A DNA stretch of 64,000 nucleotides from Antedon mediterranea (Eukaryota; Animalia; Echinodermata), in contig NC_092678.1 of the NCBI RefSeq assembly GCF_964355755.1, positions 6,278,422 to 6,342,421 of the forward strand. The letters are read 5' to 3'. The notes under the pieces were generated by a model. That model searched no databases and was not told where the DNA came from. It was given only the letters and a program-made list of their open reading frames with translations. Position numbers and translations under genes: made by a program. Each line of letters starts with the position of its first letter. Positions within the stretch are counted from its first letter, which is position 1. Below are positions 1-15,600 of the stretch, in pieces.

Positions 1-648
1 ACACTTTGTGTCTCTCCTTTATCTGTAAAACCATGGAGCAAAATCTGTTTCACTACTCTTGGTAAAACTCAATAAAATGAAAATTGTAATAATATTATTT
101 ATAAAACTTTCAATTTAAAAAATTAATTAGCAGAAAGATTAGTTTAAAAATTGCATTTTTTCTTTTAACTATGAATACTGGAATTAAATTCTTTTTTACT
201 ATCAATATTTGTTTAGATTTTAAGAAATAATGTATACTTTACACCGTGGAGTAAACTTTAGTTATAACGTCATGGTAACAATAAACATTCAGGTCTAAAA
301 CATACACAATAAATTATACTGTAAATCAACAAAAATAATTTAATACAATCATTATTTTGTAATGTCTTTTTTGTGCCTACAGTAGCTTACCTGGATAAAC
401 TGACATAGGCCAAGAGGAGAACATTTAACTACAAAAAAACTTTGAACACCCTCATAAAAGGTTCCTTTATTAATGATGACTAAACAAATAATACTATTTT
501 ATAACAAAATGTCGAATATTTAAACATTTATAAATAGAAATAGAATCAATTATTATTATTATCAATTAAATATGATTTTAAATGTCACTATATTTTCGTC
601 TTAATTTTAAAAATTGTTTTAAATTTTATTTATTTTGTCTTTTTGCAG

Positions 649-3600
649 TTTTATATGCAAGACACCAAGAGCAGTAATGGAACATTTGTCAACAACCAAC
701 GCCTCAGTAAGGGGTCAGAAGAGAGTTTGCCTAAAGAGATCAATTCGGGGGATATCATACAGTTCGGAGTTGATGTGATGGAAAATAAGGGCGCAAGAGG
801 AGTCAGTACGTAAAATTTATGATTTTAAATTATTATTTAATGTTTTGCGTTGCAAAGGAGATGCATCTAGTGCATTTCACCACCTCCCCCCCCCCCCCCA
901 TACTGCAGTAATTACTTTGTATTTCATGTACAAGGCCATATCCAGACAAGCGAAAGCTTTTTATTCATTCTCTTTGTCAAATAAGTCGAGCAATGTAATA
1001 AATTATTATTATTTTACTTTTTGACAATAAAATTAAAATTAGCAATTTAGCCTTGCTACACCAACTCCCCTCCCCCCCCCCCTTTTTTTTAAAATTAAAA
1101 AATCCCTGGGTCTTATCTCTTGTACAGTAAAACAGCATTCATGTCTGTTCATTGCAAATTGCAGTGTATTTCCTTATATAATGTATACAGCGAGTACAGT
1201 AGATTTGTAAGATACATCCAACAAAGGCTGTAAGCCTATTGTAGATGATTGATTAACCATGTAAATTGCCCTATGCTGTCATAGTGCATGACTGCATGTA
1301 ATATAGAACATTTCAATTATAATAAGATTACTGTATTATCTTAAGTCTTAAGAACCAATTAATTAAGGTATTTGGTTTGTTTTTAATATTTAAACCAAAA
1401 TTGCGTTAATTGTTGCATAAAATTTCTGATTAACATACAGTGTAATTGTATTGTGATGATGTCTTTATTATGCTCTATTTAATTTTTACATAATTTAAAT
1501 AATAATAATAATATTAATTATAAAAGCATTTATAATGCGCCATATATCCAATCAATGATTGCCAATACTGTACATACTGGACATGTGTAGAACCATTATA
1601 AGATTTAAAGCTCTGTCTACACTATCAAACTTTATGGGACAAAACATGTAATGTGCCCATATATGGACATGATGATGTCATATTACTGCCATATTAGGAC
1701 ACATTAAACTGTTTTTGTCAAACTAGTTTGATAGTGTAGGCAGAGCTTTAGATAGAAAGCAAGTTAAAAATACCATACTATATTGTCTACGACAATTAAA
1801 ACTAGTGAATTAGGGAGATGTTAAAATGTATATACTTTGGGCACAATTTTTTTGCGAACTGTGCATTAGTGTGATTAATTATTCATTATTTTATTGAAAT
1901 GTTTGATTATTTTAACAGTTACTCATGGCTGTATAATAGCTACACTGACTTTGTATCTCCCAGACGGCAGAGAAGCTATACGAAGGTAAGAGGGGCTCTC
2001 ATCTCACTCATTAAGTAGCTTTTGCTTTGCACAGATAACCAAAACCTAGGTCAGGTCAATCATTGTGTCGTCGGTCGTTGCCTGGACCTAGAAAACATCA
2101 AACAGTGTCAAGGTGGCGGGAAAGGACACATCCCAATATTCGCGCATGCGCAGAATGAATGTACAGTTTAGAGTGACATAGTTTGGTCGTCGGTTGTTGC
2201 AAATCGAAAGCTTTCTATTAAAATGATAATAAACACATTCCCAAAAGTCTTTAAAATCTGAATCTTAAGTTGTTTGCTGATGAATAGGAAATACAATGGA
2301 ACCTCTATTAAGGGGACAGTTTTGGGGCCTAATTAAGTATCCCTTAATAATAAAGTGTCCCCTAAATAGAGGTGTCCTCTAATTATAAGTGTCTCCTTAA
2401 TAGAGGTGTCCCCTGAATAAAGGTGTCCTCTGAATAGAGGTGTCACCTGAATTGAGGTGTCCTCTAAATAGAGGTGTCCCCATAATAGAGGTGCCTCTTT
2501 AATAATAGAGGTGTTTCCTTAAATAGAGGTGTCCTCTGTATAGATTTGTCCCCTGAATAGAGGTGTCTTCTGAATAAAGGTGTCCCTCTTATAGATGTGT
2601 CCCTTTAATAGAGGTGTCCCCATAATAAAGATGTCCCTTTAATAGAGGTGTCCCCTGAATAAAGTGTCCCCTGAATAAAAGTGTCACCTGAATAAAAGTG
2701 TCACCTGAATAGAGGTTTTCCCTAATTAGAAGTGTCTCCTTAATAGAGGTGTCCCCTAACAGAAGTTTCCTCTGAATAGAGGTGTCCCCTGAATAAAAGT
2801 GTCCCCTGAATAGAGGTGTCCCCTGAATAGAGGTGTCCCCTGAATACAGGTGTCCCCTGAATAAAGGTGTCCCCTGAATAAAGGTGTCTCCTGGATAGTA
2901 GGTGTCCCCTAAATAGAGATGTCCTCTGAATAGTGAGGGGAAGGGTGCTACTGTATAGGTAAACTAGTGTGTGTGTTTATAACTACTATTTGTTGAGTGT
3001 ATTTAATAATAATTATATGTGCCAGTGATATAGGAAATCGTACATGATGAAAATGTAATAAAAATATGTTAACATATAATTGGTTTCAAATGACTTCTAC
3101 AAAACGTTGTTAAACAAACAACGTTCCATGCAATACTCGCATTTAACGTTTTTGTTTACACAGTGGTAATTACTGCGTGCCATACAATAATACAATAATA
3201 ATGACAATAATTTATATAGAATCACATTACAAAATGATTCAACTTATGATTTATAATGTTTGGATAGTGACCAAAATATATTACTCATGTTAATTATATT
3301 TTGGCAGCAATTGCCTTTCATACTAATTAATAAGCATTAATATTAATAATAAAGGATATTCTTTCTATTGTTAGACATTCAAAAAATGTATTTTTAGACT
3401 TTGCCATAAGCCAATTAATTATTTATTTAATTTCATTAAAGACTGCATAATTTTAATATTGAGCAAAGCATCCAATTCAAAATATATTATATAATGTTAC
3501 AGTAATGAAATAATTAATATTTTTGTAACAGAAAAAACTGGAAAATCAATGTCTATGAAGGCGTGAGCAGGAAATATTGAGATGCCAGTTAAATCCAATG

Positions 3601-6600
3601 CTTACTGTTGCAAAGAGATTACTGTTTTTACTGCAGTAGAATGTTTACTGCAATATAACATATTATTTTAATTATATTTAAATGTAGAAATTTATATGGC
3701 AGTTACTGCAATAAACAATGTGTATGATTACCCAGAAAAGCTTGCTAAATAATTGTATAAATTGGTAGGCCTAAAAGAACAAACTCTTCATTTTTCCTTC
3801 CATGTGTGCCTTGTAACGTTTAATATGAAATAAATAAGATGAAGTTACTCTATTTACTATAATATTATTATTATCTATCTACTACACAGGCTCAGTGACA
3901 AAATTAGTATTTTTTGTTTATTTTTACACTATCATACTAGTTTGGCAAATAAATGTGATGTGCCCAAATATGGTAGTGATATGCCCAAATATGGTAGTGA
4001 TATGCCCAAATATGGTAGTGATATGCCCAAATATGGTAGTGATACTGTATGACATTATCATGTCCATATATGGGCACATCACATTTTTTTGTCACATACA
4101 GTTTGTGTAGACAAAGCTTAAGAGTTGTAACCTATATAACATTATTTATTCCTCCATTCTCTAGTGCAAACGTGATACCAGTGAATCCGTACAGTGAACT
4201 GACGCTTGCCAATAGTAATATAAAATCTCAGGACCTCTTTCAAATCGCAGAGTATCTCAAGGTAAATTTAAAAAAATCACATTTTAACTGGTACAGAATA
4301 CATTATAAAGTTGTATCCCCATTAAAGGCCACCTTCAGGATCAAACAACTTGTCCGAGTGGACAAAAGGGCTCAAACAGATTGTCCAAAGGGACACTAAC
4401 AAACTAAAATTGTCCATGCTTAAGTATCTCATCTCATCATGCAGAGTATCTCAAGATAATTTCATCAAAATCACATTTTAACTGGTACAGTATACTGTAC
4501 ACTAAAATGTTATATCACCATTAAGGGGCCACCTTCAGCACCAAGAAACTTGTCTAAGTGGACAACTTCTGGATCCAACAAATTGTAAATTGCTGGTAAA
4601 CAGAAGCAGTGATGTGGGTTCGATTGGTCTTGTTTATTTTATTTTGGTTTTTGTCAAATGTATCAATTGTATTTAGGTCTTAAGGTTAATATGTTTCATG
4701 GTTTTTCACAAGCGCCTTGAGCACTTTAGTGGATATGTGCGCTGTATAAATCTTCTTATTATTATTGTCACGGGACAACTTCTGGATCAAACAAATTAAC
4801 CTAGGGGACACCTTCGGGCCTAACAAATTGTCCTAGGGACACTAACAGACTAAAATAGCCCACCGTTAAATTTGCCATTTGTCACACTCAAAAGCATCCC
4901 TGTCCCTTTAATATAGTATATTAAGTTATAACTTGTATTTTTACGCATATTACACAAAAAAGTGTCCCTAAATTTGGGAGTTCTACTGTAAAGTTGTCCA
5001 GAAAATGTGATTTTCAAAATAGAATAGAGTATGGCTTCTTAACTGGATATTAATATTAATATCTCCTTAATTTCAAAAGTATATAATTGGTGTGCTACAT
5101 TAAATATTATGTATTACGGGAAAACTGAAGTGAAAGTAAATTTAAAATAGCAATTAAACACTCTTGTTTATTATTAAGTATTAGTATGAATTATTGTTAT
5201 TTTGAACTAATACATTTTCTTAATTACTTTCACAATTACTCATTTCTGTAGAAAGCTACCATATGTTAATCTTTATTTTCATGTTCAGAAAAAAAAATTG
5301 TGATTTGGAAAAACTTTTGGGCACAAATTTCTTTGAGAAATGCACAATATAGTATGAACAATTGTTTTATTTTTTGAAAATCAACCTGCAGTTGTTGTAG
5401 TAAATTGTTCTACCTTGCGTCCAAGTTTTGAGAGCTTCTTTCTAGAATATTCTAGGCCTTGGCCTAGCCTAGTAGGAGTGTTGTAAAACAAATAATAAAT
5501 GTATTATATTTGTTCAATGGTAAAAATAATTTCATTCGGTGAAGGATGAAATGTTCTATTTTGTCACCTCATGAATGTATTTGTTTCATTGCACCCATAA
5601 ATGTTCAAATTCTAGTTTATTGTCCCCTGTCCCCCTATCCTACATAAAAAATTTAGGCCTTGGTCTAGCCTAGTAGGTGGCCTCTAAAATAAATAATGGA
5701 TCGATCCCAAATAATAAATGTATTATATTTGTGCAATGGTACAAATAATTTCATTCGTTGAAAGATGAAACGTTCTATTTTATCACCTCATGAATATATT
5801 TGTTTCATTGCACTCATAAATTTTCAAATTCTAGTTTTTTATAATTGTCCCTGTCCCCCTACCCTACATAAAAAATGTAGGCCTTGGTCTAGCCTAGTAG
5901 GTGGGCTCTAAAACAAATAATGGATCGATCCCAAATAATAAATGTATTATATTTGTGCAATTGTACAAATAATTTCATTCGTTGAAAGATGAAACGTTAT
6001 ATTTTTTCACATCATGAGTATATTTGTTTCATTGCACCAAAATTGGAGAGCTGCCTTGTAGAATATTTTAGGCCTTGGCCTAGCCTAGTAGGTGTATTAT
6101 AAAACAAATAGTAAATGTATTATATTTGTGCAATGGTACAAATAATTTCATTCGTTAAAAGATAAAACGTTCTATTTTTTCACATTATGAATATATTTGT
6201 TTCATTGCACTCATAAATATTCATTGTTTGTAATATACAATTTCCTATTTTGAACATGGAATATGATAAAGATTATATATTTTAATTATCCTAATGGAAT
6301 ATTGATAATTGCGTCTATTTGTAGGAAGCCTTGCACCGGGAACAGATGCTGGAGCAGAAGTTAGCGATGCTACAGAGAGTTGTACGAAACACTCAAGATT
6401 CATCAGAAACTAGTTGGCAAGCTCTTATCGATGAAGAACGATTATTATCACGATTAGAGTTACTTGAAAATCAGCTGTTTGCCTACTCTAAGGTATTAAG
6501 GATTTAAGTTAAACCCTCATTTGAAAAATGCAATCAATTTTGATGGTATTAGTCAGTTTTCAACTGAACTTCAGAAATATTTAGCAAATTATTGGCAATA

Positions 6601-9600
6601 AGTTATTTGAATTCTTGCAGGTAACAGAATTCTTTAAAAAAAAAATTGTTAATCTTTAAAAAAAAAATTGAATTGGCTAGGAAGGTTTTTATCTGTCATG
6701 AAATAATCATTTGCTAGTTTAGAAAGGTTGTAATTGTGTTCGGCGCGACTAAGGTGGGCCGTGAACACTTTAAAGTTTTCCTCCCAGCCTAAAGCTCTGT
6801 CTATACTATCAACCTAATATGGTAGTGATATGCTCAAATATGGTAGTGATATGACATCATTATGTCCATTTTTTTTGTCACATAAAGTTTGATAGTGTAG
6901 AGAGAGCTTGACACATATGTTCAACAATCCATAACATTGTTGTTATTCTGTTGTTATTTCTTTTGACAATTGTTGTAGGCGAATACTGAGGATAAGTTGA
7001 GGAAGGAAGTCGTCGCACTACAGCAGGATAAATTTAATTATGAAAGCACGGCCAAGGATACCCTCAAGAGGGCGCTAGAAGAAAAACTTGAGGCTGTACA
7101 GAAACTAGCTAATGCAGATGTATGTATTTGATTGATTTTGGGTTATTTCAGTTTGATTGATTAATTGATTTATTGATCTGTAAAAAATCAATCACGGTTG
7201 ATTGATTTTGGGTTATTTCCCTTACTGATTGATTAATTGATTCATTTATCTATTTGTAAAAATCAATCATGCGATTTATTGATCTGTTTTAAAAAATCAA
7301 TCATGGTTGAGTGAGTAGTTGATTGATTTTGGGTTATTTCCTTATTGATTGATTAATTGATTTATTGATCTGCGTGTAAAAATAAATCATGCGATTTATT
7401 GATCGGTAAAAATCAATCACGGTTGAGTGAGTAGTTGATTGATTGGTTTGTCTGCATTAAATCTGGGAATTGATTTTGGTTTATTTTGTGAATCACTTTG
7501 ACTGAAAGATCGATTTGTTGACGATTGATTGATTGAGTTTAAATGATTGATTATAATTCGTTACTTGACAAATCAATCAATTGATGGGTTGAATCTTTTT
7601 TATATACTGTACTGTCTGTATTTACATGATATAGTATTTGCATACAACAGGAAGTTGTAGCAAATAACTTGATTTCATTCTTTCTACTTGACATCACAAA
7701 ACAAGCAAATGAGTCTGCCCAACAGTAACCAACCAAAATAATACAGATTGGTTTTATATTAGAACCCCTTTGTTTGGGACACTTCTATTCCCGGGACACC
7801 TCTATTAAACACACGTCTATCAATATTTAAAGATTTATTAAGAAAATATATGTATTTGTTTTTTGAAAAGCAAATCTATATACCGTAGTATAGTATATTA
7901 TTTGTTGAAAACTAATAAACAACAAACAAACATATCATCTCTTTCTTTTGGATTCAACAGAAATTCTTAAGTAATTCTGAAGATGAATTATCAAATGCGA
8001 AGGAGAATTATGAAAAGTTGAAAGAGGAATTAGATGGCGTGTACGACAAACATGCAAACGTGCTGAAAACATTGCAAGAACTTAATGAAAAGAATCAGGA
8101 AACGGATAACCTACATAAAGAGGATTTACAAAAAGTGAACAGCGAAAAAATTGAACTAGAGAAAAGGATAAGAGAACTTATAAAGGAAGGAAACATGTTA
8201 GAGGTTAAGATTGAGGAGTTAGAGGCAGAGAATGACTTCACTCGTGAACAACTTGCCGCCTTACAGTGTAAGTTTAAATACCAATACCCCTTTTTCTAAG
8301 AAAAAAACGGAATTATCTGGAAAAAGCGGAAAGGTCCAAAGTTCCCTGAATTTTGTGGGATTTTAGTGCAGATCACCGCCTCCCCAAAAATTTATTATTT
8401 CCCTGCGAAAATCTTGACAATTTAGGCCTAGGCTAGGATAAGGTAATTTTCTTCGTGAGACCTACAATCAGTTACAGTATGCCTCGTAGCCCAGAATGTC
8501 ATAAAAGTCGCTTTTTTACCAATACTTGTCCAATCCTGTAAATTGAAACCGTCAAGAAAAGAAGGTATTTGCCATCTAATCTTTTAATTTGTACCATTGG
8601 TTTTTTACATATTGTCCAATCTTGCTTCAAACACTTGCACAGATAAGTGAAGAGAAATATATCCTCCTCAATATTTCATTTACATATATTATATGAACCG
8701 CCATACTAATTTTTTTGCATCAGGTCTAGAATTTATAAGAACATTTTATCTCTTATGGATATTTTAATTCTATTTTTGTAGTGCGAGCAGTTGAAACATC
8801 AACGGTTGACAACAAATCTGAAATGACAGATGTAGCTGAAATGAAAACAAATGGTAACACAATGGTTATAGCAACAGTTAATGGCAACCCAGAGATTGTC
8901 AACGATACGACAGGTACATTGTAATTGATTTTATAAAATATATAATTTATTCAATTTTGTTGGGACATCTGCATTATAATTCTTGTTTACGGATATGAAT
9001 ATTGTCATTCACTCAGGTAGTATTAATTCATTCTTTTTAAAAATGCAGCGCCTTCTATGTTTTGCCCATACTTTTATAAAATCGCCGGATAATTAAGTTA
9101 TTATGTTATGACCTCTGCATAAGCTTTATTCCCACTAAGTTGAGCACGTAAGCGCAATGCAAGCAATCAAGCAACAGTTCGCGTAATCCATCGCTAACAG
9201 TTCGCGTAATTTATCGCTAACAGTTCGCGTAATCCATCGCTAACAGTTCGCGTAATCCATCGCTAACAGTTCGCGTAATCCATCTCTAACAGTTCGCGTA
9301 ATCCATCGCTAACAGTTCGCGTAATCCATCGCTAACAGTTCGCGTAATCCATCGCTAACAGTTCGCGTAATCCATCGCTAACAGTTCGCGTAATCCATCG
9401 CTAACAGTTCGCGTAATCCATCGCTAACAGTTCGCGTAATCCATCGCTAACAGTTCGCGTAATCTATCGCTAACAGTTCGCGTAATCCATCGCTAACAGT
9501 TCGCGTAATCCATCGCTAACAGTTTGCGTAATCCATCGCTAACAGTTCGCGTAATCTATCGCTAACAGTTCGCGTAATCCATCGCTAACAGTTCGCGTAA

Positions 9601-12600
9601 TCCATCGCTAACAGTTCGCGTAATCCATCGCTAACAGTTCGCGTAATCCATCGCTAACAGTTCGCGTAATCCATCGCTAACAGTTCGCGTAATCCATCGC
9701 TAACAGTTCGCGTAATCCATCGCTAACAGTTCGCGTAATCCATCGCTAACAGTTCGCGTAATCCATCGCTAACAGTTCGCGTAATCCATCGCTAACAGTT
9801 CGCGTAATCCATCTCTAACAGTTCGCGTAATCCATCGCTAACAGTTCGCGTAATCCATCGCTTGTGAATGGTCAACTCACTTGCTTTGTGTCTACATTCT
9901 TACATCCTTGTAAGCTTTTCAATATATTTATCATTTATTCATTAAAAAACAATACATAGATAAGATAACAGATAAATAGTAGTTTTTATATACTGGCATC
10001 TTTCAATTCACAGTATCTGATTGGTTAATTGCCGGTCTATAGTTATGCCATGCCCTCAACTAGACCAGCTAAACTAAGCATGTCATCCAATCTGATCCAC
10101 ACAAGTGACGCAACGATTGCGTTGCTAGCCCTACCTTAGCCTACTAATTTATAACTCTAGGGTGATTTAAGATCAGCATAAAGCCATTCATTAATTAAAA
10201 TACTTTTGTCTTGTCAAACAGAAATAGATCAGATCTTAGATGACTTTGACCTTCATTTAGACAACGAGGAGAAGAGGATGAACGATGACGATACAGAGAC
10301 ACCTAAAGATTCACCAGAGGACATGGAGGATGAAGATCTCATCACCATTGTTGACGACAGATGTAAGTAATGATACAATAACATCATCCCATCCTATGTG
10401 ACATTTTATCAATAGAAATTGTTGTAGGGTTGGGCATTATAAATGTTGTATACTAATCGTTATATGCTTTCATATTGAACTTGAGGGCAGTGTTGTAGCA
10501 GATAGATTCCAATCATCTTTTCCTAGTTTATAGGTGTCGCCATATAAACATTTAAAAGCATAACTCTAAATAGGCCCACGGTATTTGTTATCTATTTTTG
10601 TGGTTTAATAATTTGTAGCATTTCACGCCTTGCTTACCTGAATAAACTTACACATGCCCCCCTGTGCCTTTTACCCCCACTCTAAAAGTAGTACCCTTCC
10701 ATAACAGTGGTATCTTCCAAAAGATTTTTGAATGCTGTTCGAGACCGCTCCATTGAGGGGATTGCTCGCAAACACTTTGCGAGTTCTCGTGTCAAAGGAA
10801 AGGCCTAAATTGAAATTGTTTATTCAAGTAGTGGCAGTCATAAATCAACCACCTCTTCTAGTTTTTGTAACTTTTTAATTAGTACTTTAGTTATTCTTGA
10901 AATTAACTTTAATATGGGTTTTGGCTAATTTTTTCAAGTTGTAATATATAAAGCAAAGAAAGTAAGGTTAAAAGGTAAGCAATCGAACCACCAAGTTGGC
11001 TTTGATAAAGCATGAGAGTTGGTTCATCCTTGTAGGCGAGGCTCACTGATCAAATTCACAGCAGACAATGCAATACTTTTGGATATTTCAAATAATTCTA
11101 AAGCTCTGTCTACACTATCAAACTCGTTTGACAAGAAAAGTGTTATATGCCCAAATATGGTAGATATGACATCATGTCCATGGGCACATTACATTTTTTT
11201 TTGTCACATTAAGTTTGATAGTTTAGACAGAGCTTAAGTTCTGACACCAAAGCTTAAGCTATCAAATGCATAATAGACTAGTCTATCTGGCATGTGTAAT
11301 GCTGTTCTTATGTTTGGTTCTGCCACACATGGAACTTCTAAATTGGTCCTTTTCGAACAACTTCTGATACCTATTCGCAGCTAAACATTGGCATGGCTGA
11401 CTATTCCTGTATGTGTAATGCTGAACTCTTGTTTGGAATCCCTCTATTGGTCCTCCCTCCCACACATAGAACTTCTAAATTAGTCCTTTGGTCCAATGCC
11501 TATTCACAGCCAAACAATATAGCATGGCTTACTATTGACTGTATGTGCAATAGAACCGCTTTATATTGGATCCTCCACGCATTGGTTCTTTTAACGACGT
11601 TCCTTCCTAAACAAAGACACTATTTTTGCATGTGGGAAAAAAGTTGTGCAAAGCCAGTCACAATTTCTTTACTGGATATTCAGCCATTGCTGATCTTTAG
11701 TAATGTTTGCTATTTACTGATAAACCTTTAAAAGAAATGCATGAGGGTGTCCTATATTCTGTTTTCTTGGAGAGGTGGAGATTCAATTGTTATGGAAAGG
11801 GCAAACATATCTATGTTTCTCTGTTGTGTTTTATCTGGAAAACCATTGCATGGCCAATAAATATATGCATTCAACCAATGGTCTTGCACTCAGCCGCAGT
11901 ATCTTCTGGAAATTAAAATAGGTTACATTACGTTATATGTTGTTGCTTTACAGTAGCTTGGTGGTGAGGGTGCTTGCTTGTTATATTAATTAAGAATTTC
12001 CACAGAGGTCCTCCATTTGTGGTTAGATTTCATGCTAGCGATATTGAGTTGTCTGAATTGGAGACTTTTAGATCCATTCACATGTTACATATTATTTTCA
12101 TGTGTATTAAATGTAAATCGAGGAATAACCTGTGACTTGCAGCTTACTGAGCTGAATTTCGCACAGGTGTGGACGACACATAGCAAAACTTTTTACTCCC
12201 CTAAGGGTCCCTTCGTGTCGAACGCTGCCACCAAACGTCGCTCGTTCGTCTGTCCACAATGACAGTCTATGGATAGAATATAAATTATTTACTTGCAACT
12301 GCTGTATGAAAATATAAAAAAATTGAGATTCGAGAACTAGTTAACTGTGTAAAATAATGGCATTCATTTTTGTGCTTTTCTGTAAAATGCCACTTAAATT
12401 ATCTAGAACTGTTAATTCAGAAAATCTTTAAATAAACATAGAACTTCAATGGTAAATCAATGAATTGAATAATTAAGAGCTAACAGAAGTCTGTAATTCT
12501 TTCACAGCGATTATCATGTATTAAGGGAATTTGTATATTGATAATAGTCTTTTTGGTTGAGCTAGAAAAGAGCAGAAAGTCTGTCATGGGATTTGATTGT

Positions 12601-15600
12601 AAATGTCAATTTCTTGAATATTCAAAAATGTCTTTAATTGGTTTATTTATTGAAATAATTAATCTGATGGGATTAGTAATGTTGTTTTTGCTCAATGGTT
12701 TAGTTTTACACGTGTCCCCTTGATAAGAGGATATCTTTGAAAGTGTCCCCTTAATAGAGGTTTTCCCTGAACAGAGGTGTTCCTAGGGATATCCCAAGAG
12801 TTCTATGATAGTTACATTACTGACAGATAGTGACCACTAAACTTTACCAAACTTCTGGACGCCTTGGTTTTTTAAGCTCTATCTAGACTAGCAAAATAGT
12901 TAAACAAAAAAAGTGTGATGTGCTTAATATGGTAGTAATATGATATCATCAACGGCTTTACCACGTTGAAACACCGGTTCTTGTCAGATCACCGAAGTTA
13001 AGCAACGTTGGGCCTGGTAAGAGCTATCAGGTGCTGTATATGGAGCTGGGGTCCCGTTAGGCATTTGAAATCAGCACCGCTGACTCTCCTCCATGCTCTA
13101 TGGCAGCCCCTGCATCTAGTATCTGCCTAAGACGTATTGGCTTATCTAATGTTAGGACCGATCAAGGTGCTTTTAACAGTCCTGGCTTTATTAGTATCAA
13201 ACCTGTTAGTGGCGGTAATTATCGCTGTTGGTTTCGATTGAATAAAATATTAAAAAAATAACATAAAAATCATGTCCATTTCTGGCACATTACATTTTTT
13301 TGTCACATAAAGTTTGATAGTGTAGACAGAGCTTTACACGATTGAAAAGCGTACGTTTGTTGTTTAGCATACAGCTCTTGCTTATTGAACCATGACAAAC
13401 CGTACTACTCAGATGTTGTTCGCCATGACAACGTTTATTTGAAGGTTTTTTTTGTGGAAGATATTATTGTTAATTTCCTGGTTGAAATTTTGTTCTCTTT
13501 GTTTCTTATGTTTTGGGATGTTTACTATTCGAAATAAAAAAATAAATACTAATAATTATTGCTTTATTGTTTATTTGTAGATCGACAAGAATTTTTAGCA
13601 AATCAAAAGAACACAACACTAAGATCTGTGGACCAATCATCATCACCGCATCAGAACTCATATAGAGACCAAAGTAAGGGACCATCTCAAAAGATGTTAT
13701 TGATTTACTATAATAATGTATTATTTAATTTTGTTTCAATGGAAAAGTTTTTGAGGCCATCACTGCAATAAATATGTATGATTACATAGCAAAAGCTTTC
13801 TAAATTATTGTAAAAATAAAAAAAATAAAATAAAAAAAATAAATTATTGTATTTTTTTGTGTATTTATTAATTTTAGATAATGAAGATATGAATCACATA
13901 TCAGACACATCGCAACAGGAGATTGCCAAATACAAAGGTAAGAATCACAAATTACAATTATCTCTCCGAATACCAAACCCTCTGAAATCGTGAACTCTCC
14001 CAAAACCAGACTTTTCTTGAGGTCCAAAAAGGTTCTTTTTACCAATATATTAAAAACAAAAATGAAATGGGAGAAATATTTTTAAAAACAGGGTTGCCAG
14101 GATTAAGAAGGATAACGAATGAATGGCTATCCTCAACAATCTACCTACAATGAAGCTCTATCTACACTATCAGTATCAAAGTTTATGTGACAAAAAAGAG
14201 ATATGACCATATATGGACATGATGATGTCATATCACTACCATATTTGGGCATATCACTGCCATATTTGGGCACATGCACTTTTTTGTCAAACTAGTTCGA
14301 TAGAGTAGACAGAGCTTTAATAGAAAATAATAAAACAAAAATGTGTATTTTAATGGATTAATTGTATTGTCAATAAAAGTAAATAAAAATGTAACAGACA
14401 GTATTTATTTCCTGTCTGAATGAACAAGAAAATAAAAAGTTATTATTTGGACATCGCAAGATTTTAATGATTTGAGTGGACAAATAATTAAGTTGATTTT
14501 TAGGAGATTGGAAATCATTTTTGTTAGTTTGATAACAAAGGGATTAAAAGGAACAATATTTATTTGAGTTGAAATACATCTGATAAACCGAAGTGGACAT
14601 GTTCTTAATTGTTTAAACTGAAAATTTGTAGACAAATAGTTAAATTATAAAAGAATTAAGCTAGACAACAACTATTAATAGCTAGACAGTCGGAAACTGA
14701 AATAAAATTTATTAAAATGTTATCGGACATAAAACAGTTTCCTGTTTGTAGGTAAACGAGGCAGAATTTTGTATAATCAAATTAAATATAATACAAAATT
14801 AAAAATACTTTTTTATTGATTTTTATATTTCATTTCAGTATTTTGATTAAAAGCGAATAAAATTTAGTAAAGGTATGTCAAAAAATAAATTAACATTGTC
14901 GTTGATTGATCCTAAATTTCTTTTTGTAGCTGAAATATTAGCCTCTGAGTCCAGACTGAATGAGAAGCAAAATAAAATAGATGAACTAACTGCAGCGCTA
15001 CAGAAAGTTAAGGTGGAGTCTATTCAAAGTATAACAGAATGTAATGTATTGAAAGGTATGATATGACGTGGTGCTTTATATTGATATTAGTAAACTTTTT
15101 TAAACAAAGCAGATATAGAGAGGGGATAGAGAGGTAGCTTCTTTCAAAATGTTTTATAAGAACGCAATACGCCCTCCCTTGTTCAACATCCTCAGTCCGC
15201 CCCCGATTAGTATCCAGATATCGGTGTTTATTTTTGTAATGTTAAAGGGCCAACTGAGACAAGTTAACTTCTAGGTTTTTCCTCATTTTGATGCTGTGTA
15301 TTATTTGTATGGCATTTAATGAAATAAATGATTGTTAAATTTCAATTTAATTTAATCAACATTTTCTCCGGTTTATATGTAAGCACTATATCCTAACTAT
15401 TGTACTTTTACATACATTTTTCTATCATTATTTTGTTGTTATCTACAGAAAATGTCAAAGTATTAGAGAAGAGACTAAGTCTAGAAGGTAAGACATTTGA
15501 TTTCTAAATTTATAACATAATTTAAATTAATTTCAAACATTATTTCAGCTGTATTGATAAAAAAAAAATAGCCACCTCAGCAGAAAATTCTCAGAAATTT

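Noticed and set aside
9173-9861. CRISPR-like regular repeat array
   Set aside because: Units are contiguous with no unique spacers, there are no cas genes, and the array sits in a eukaryotic intron; it is a minisatellite. The same applies to the arrays at 24197, 26190 and 29600.
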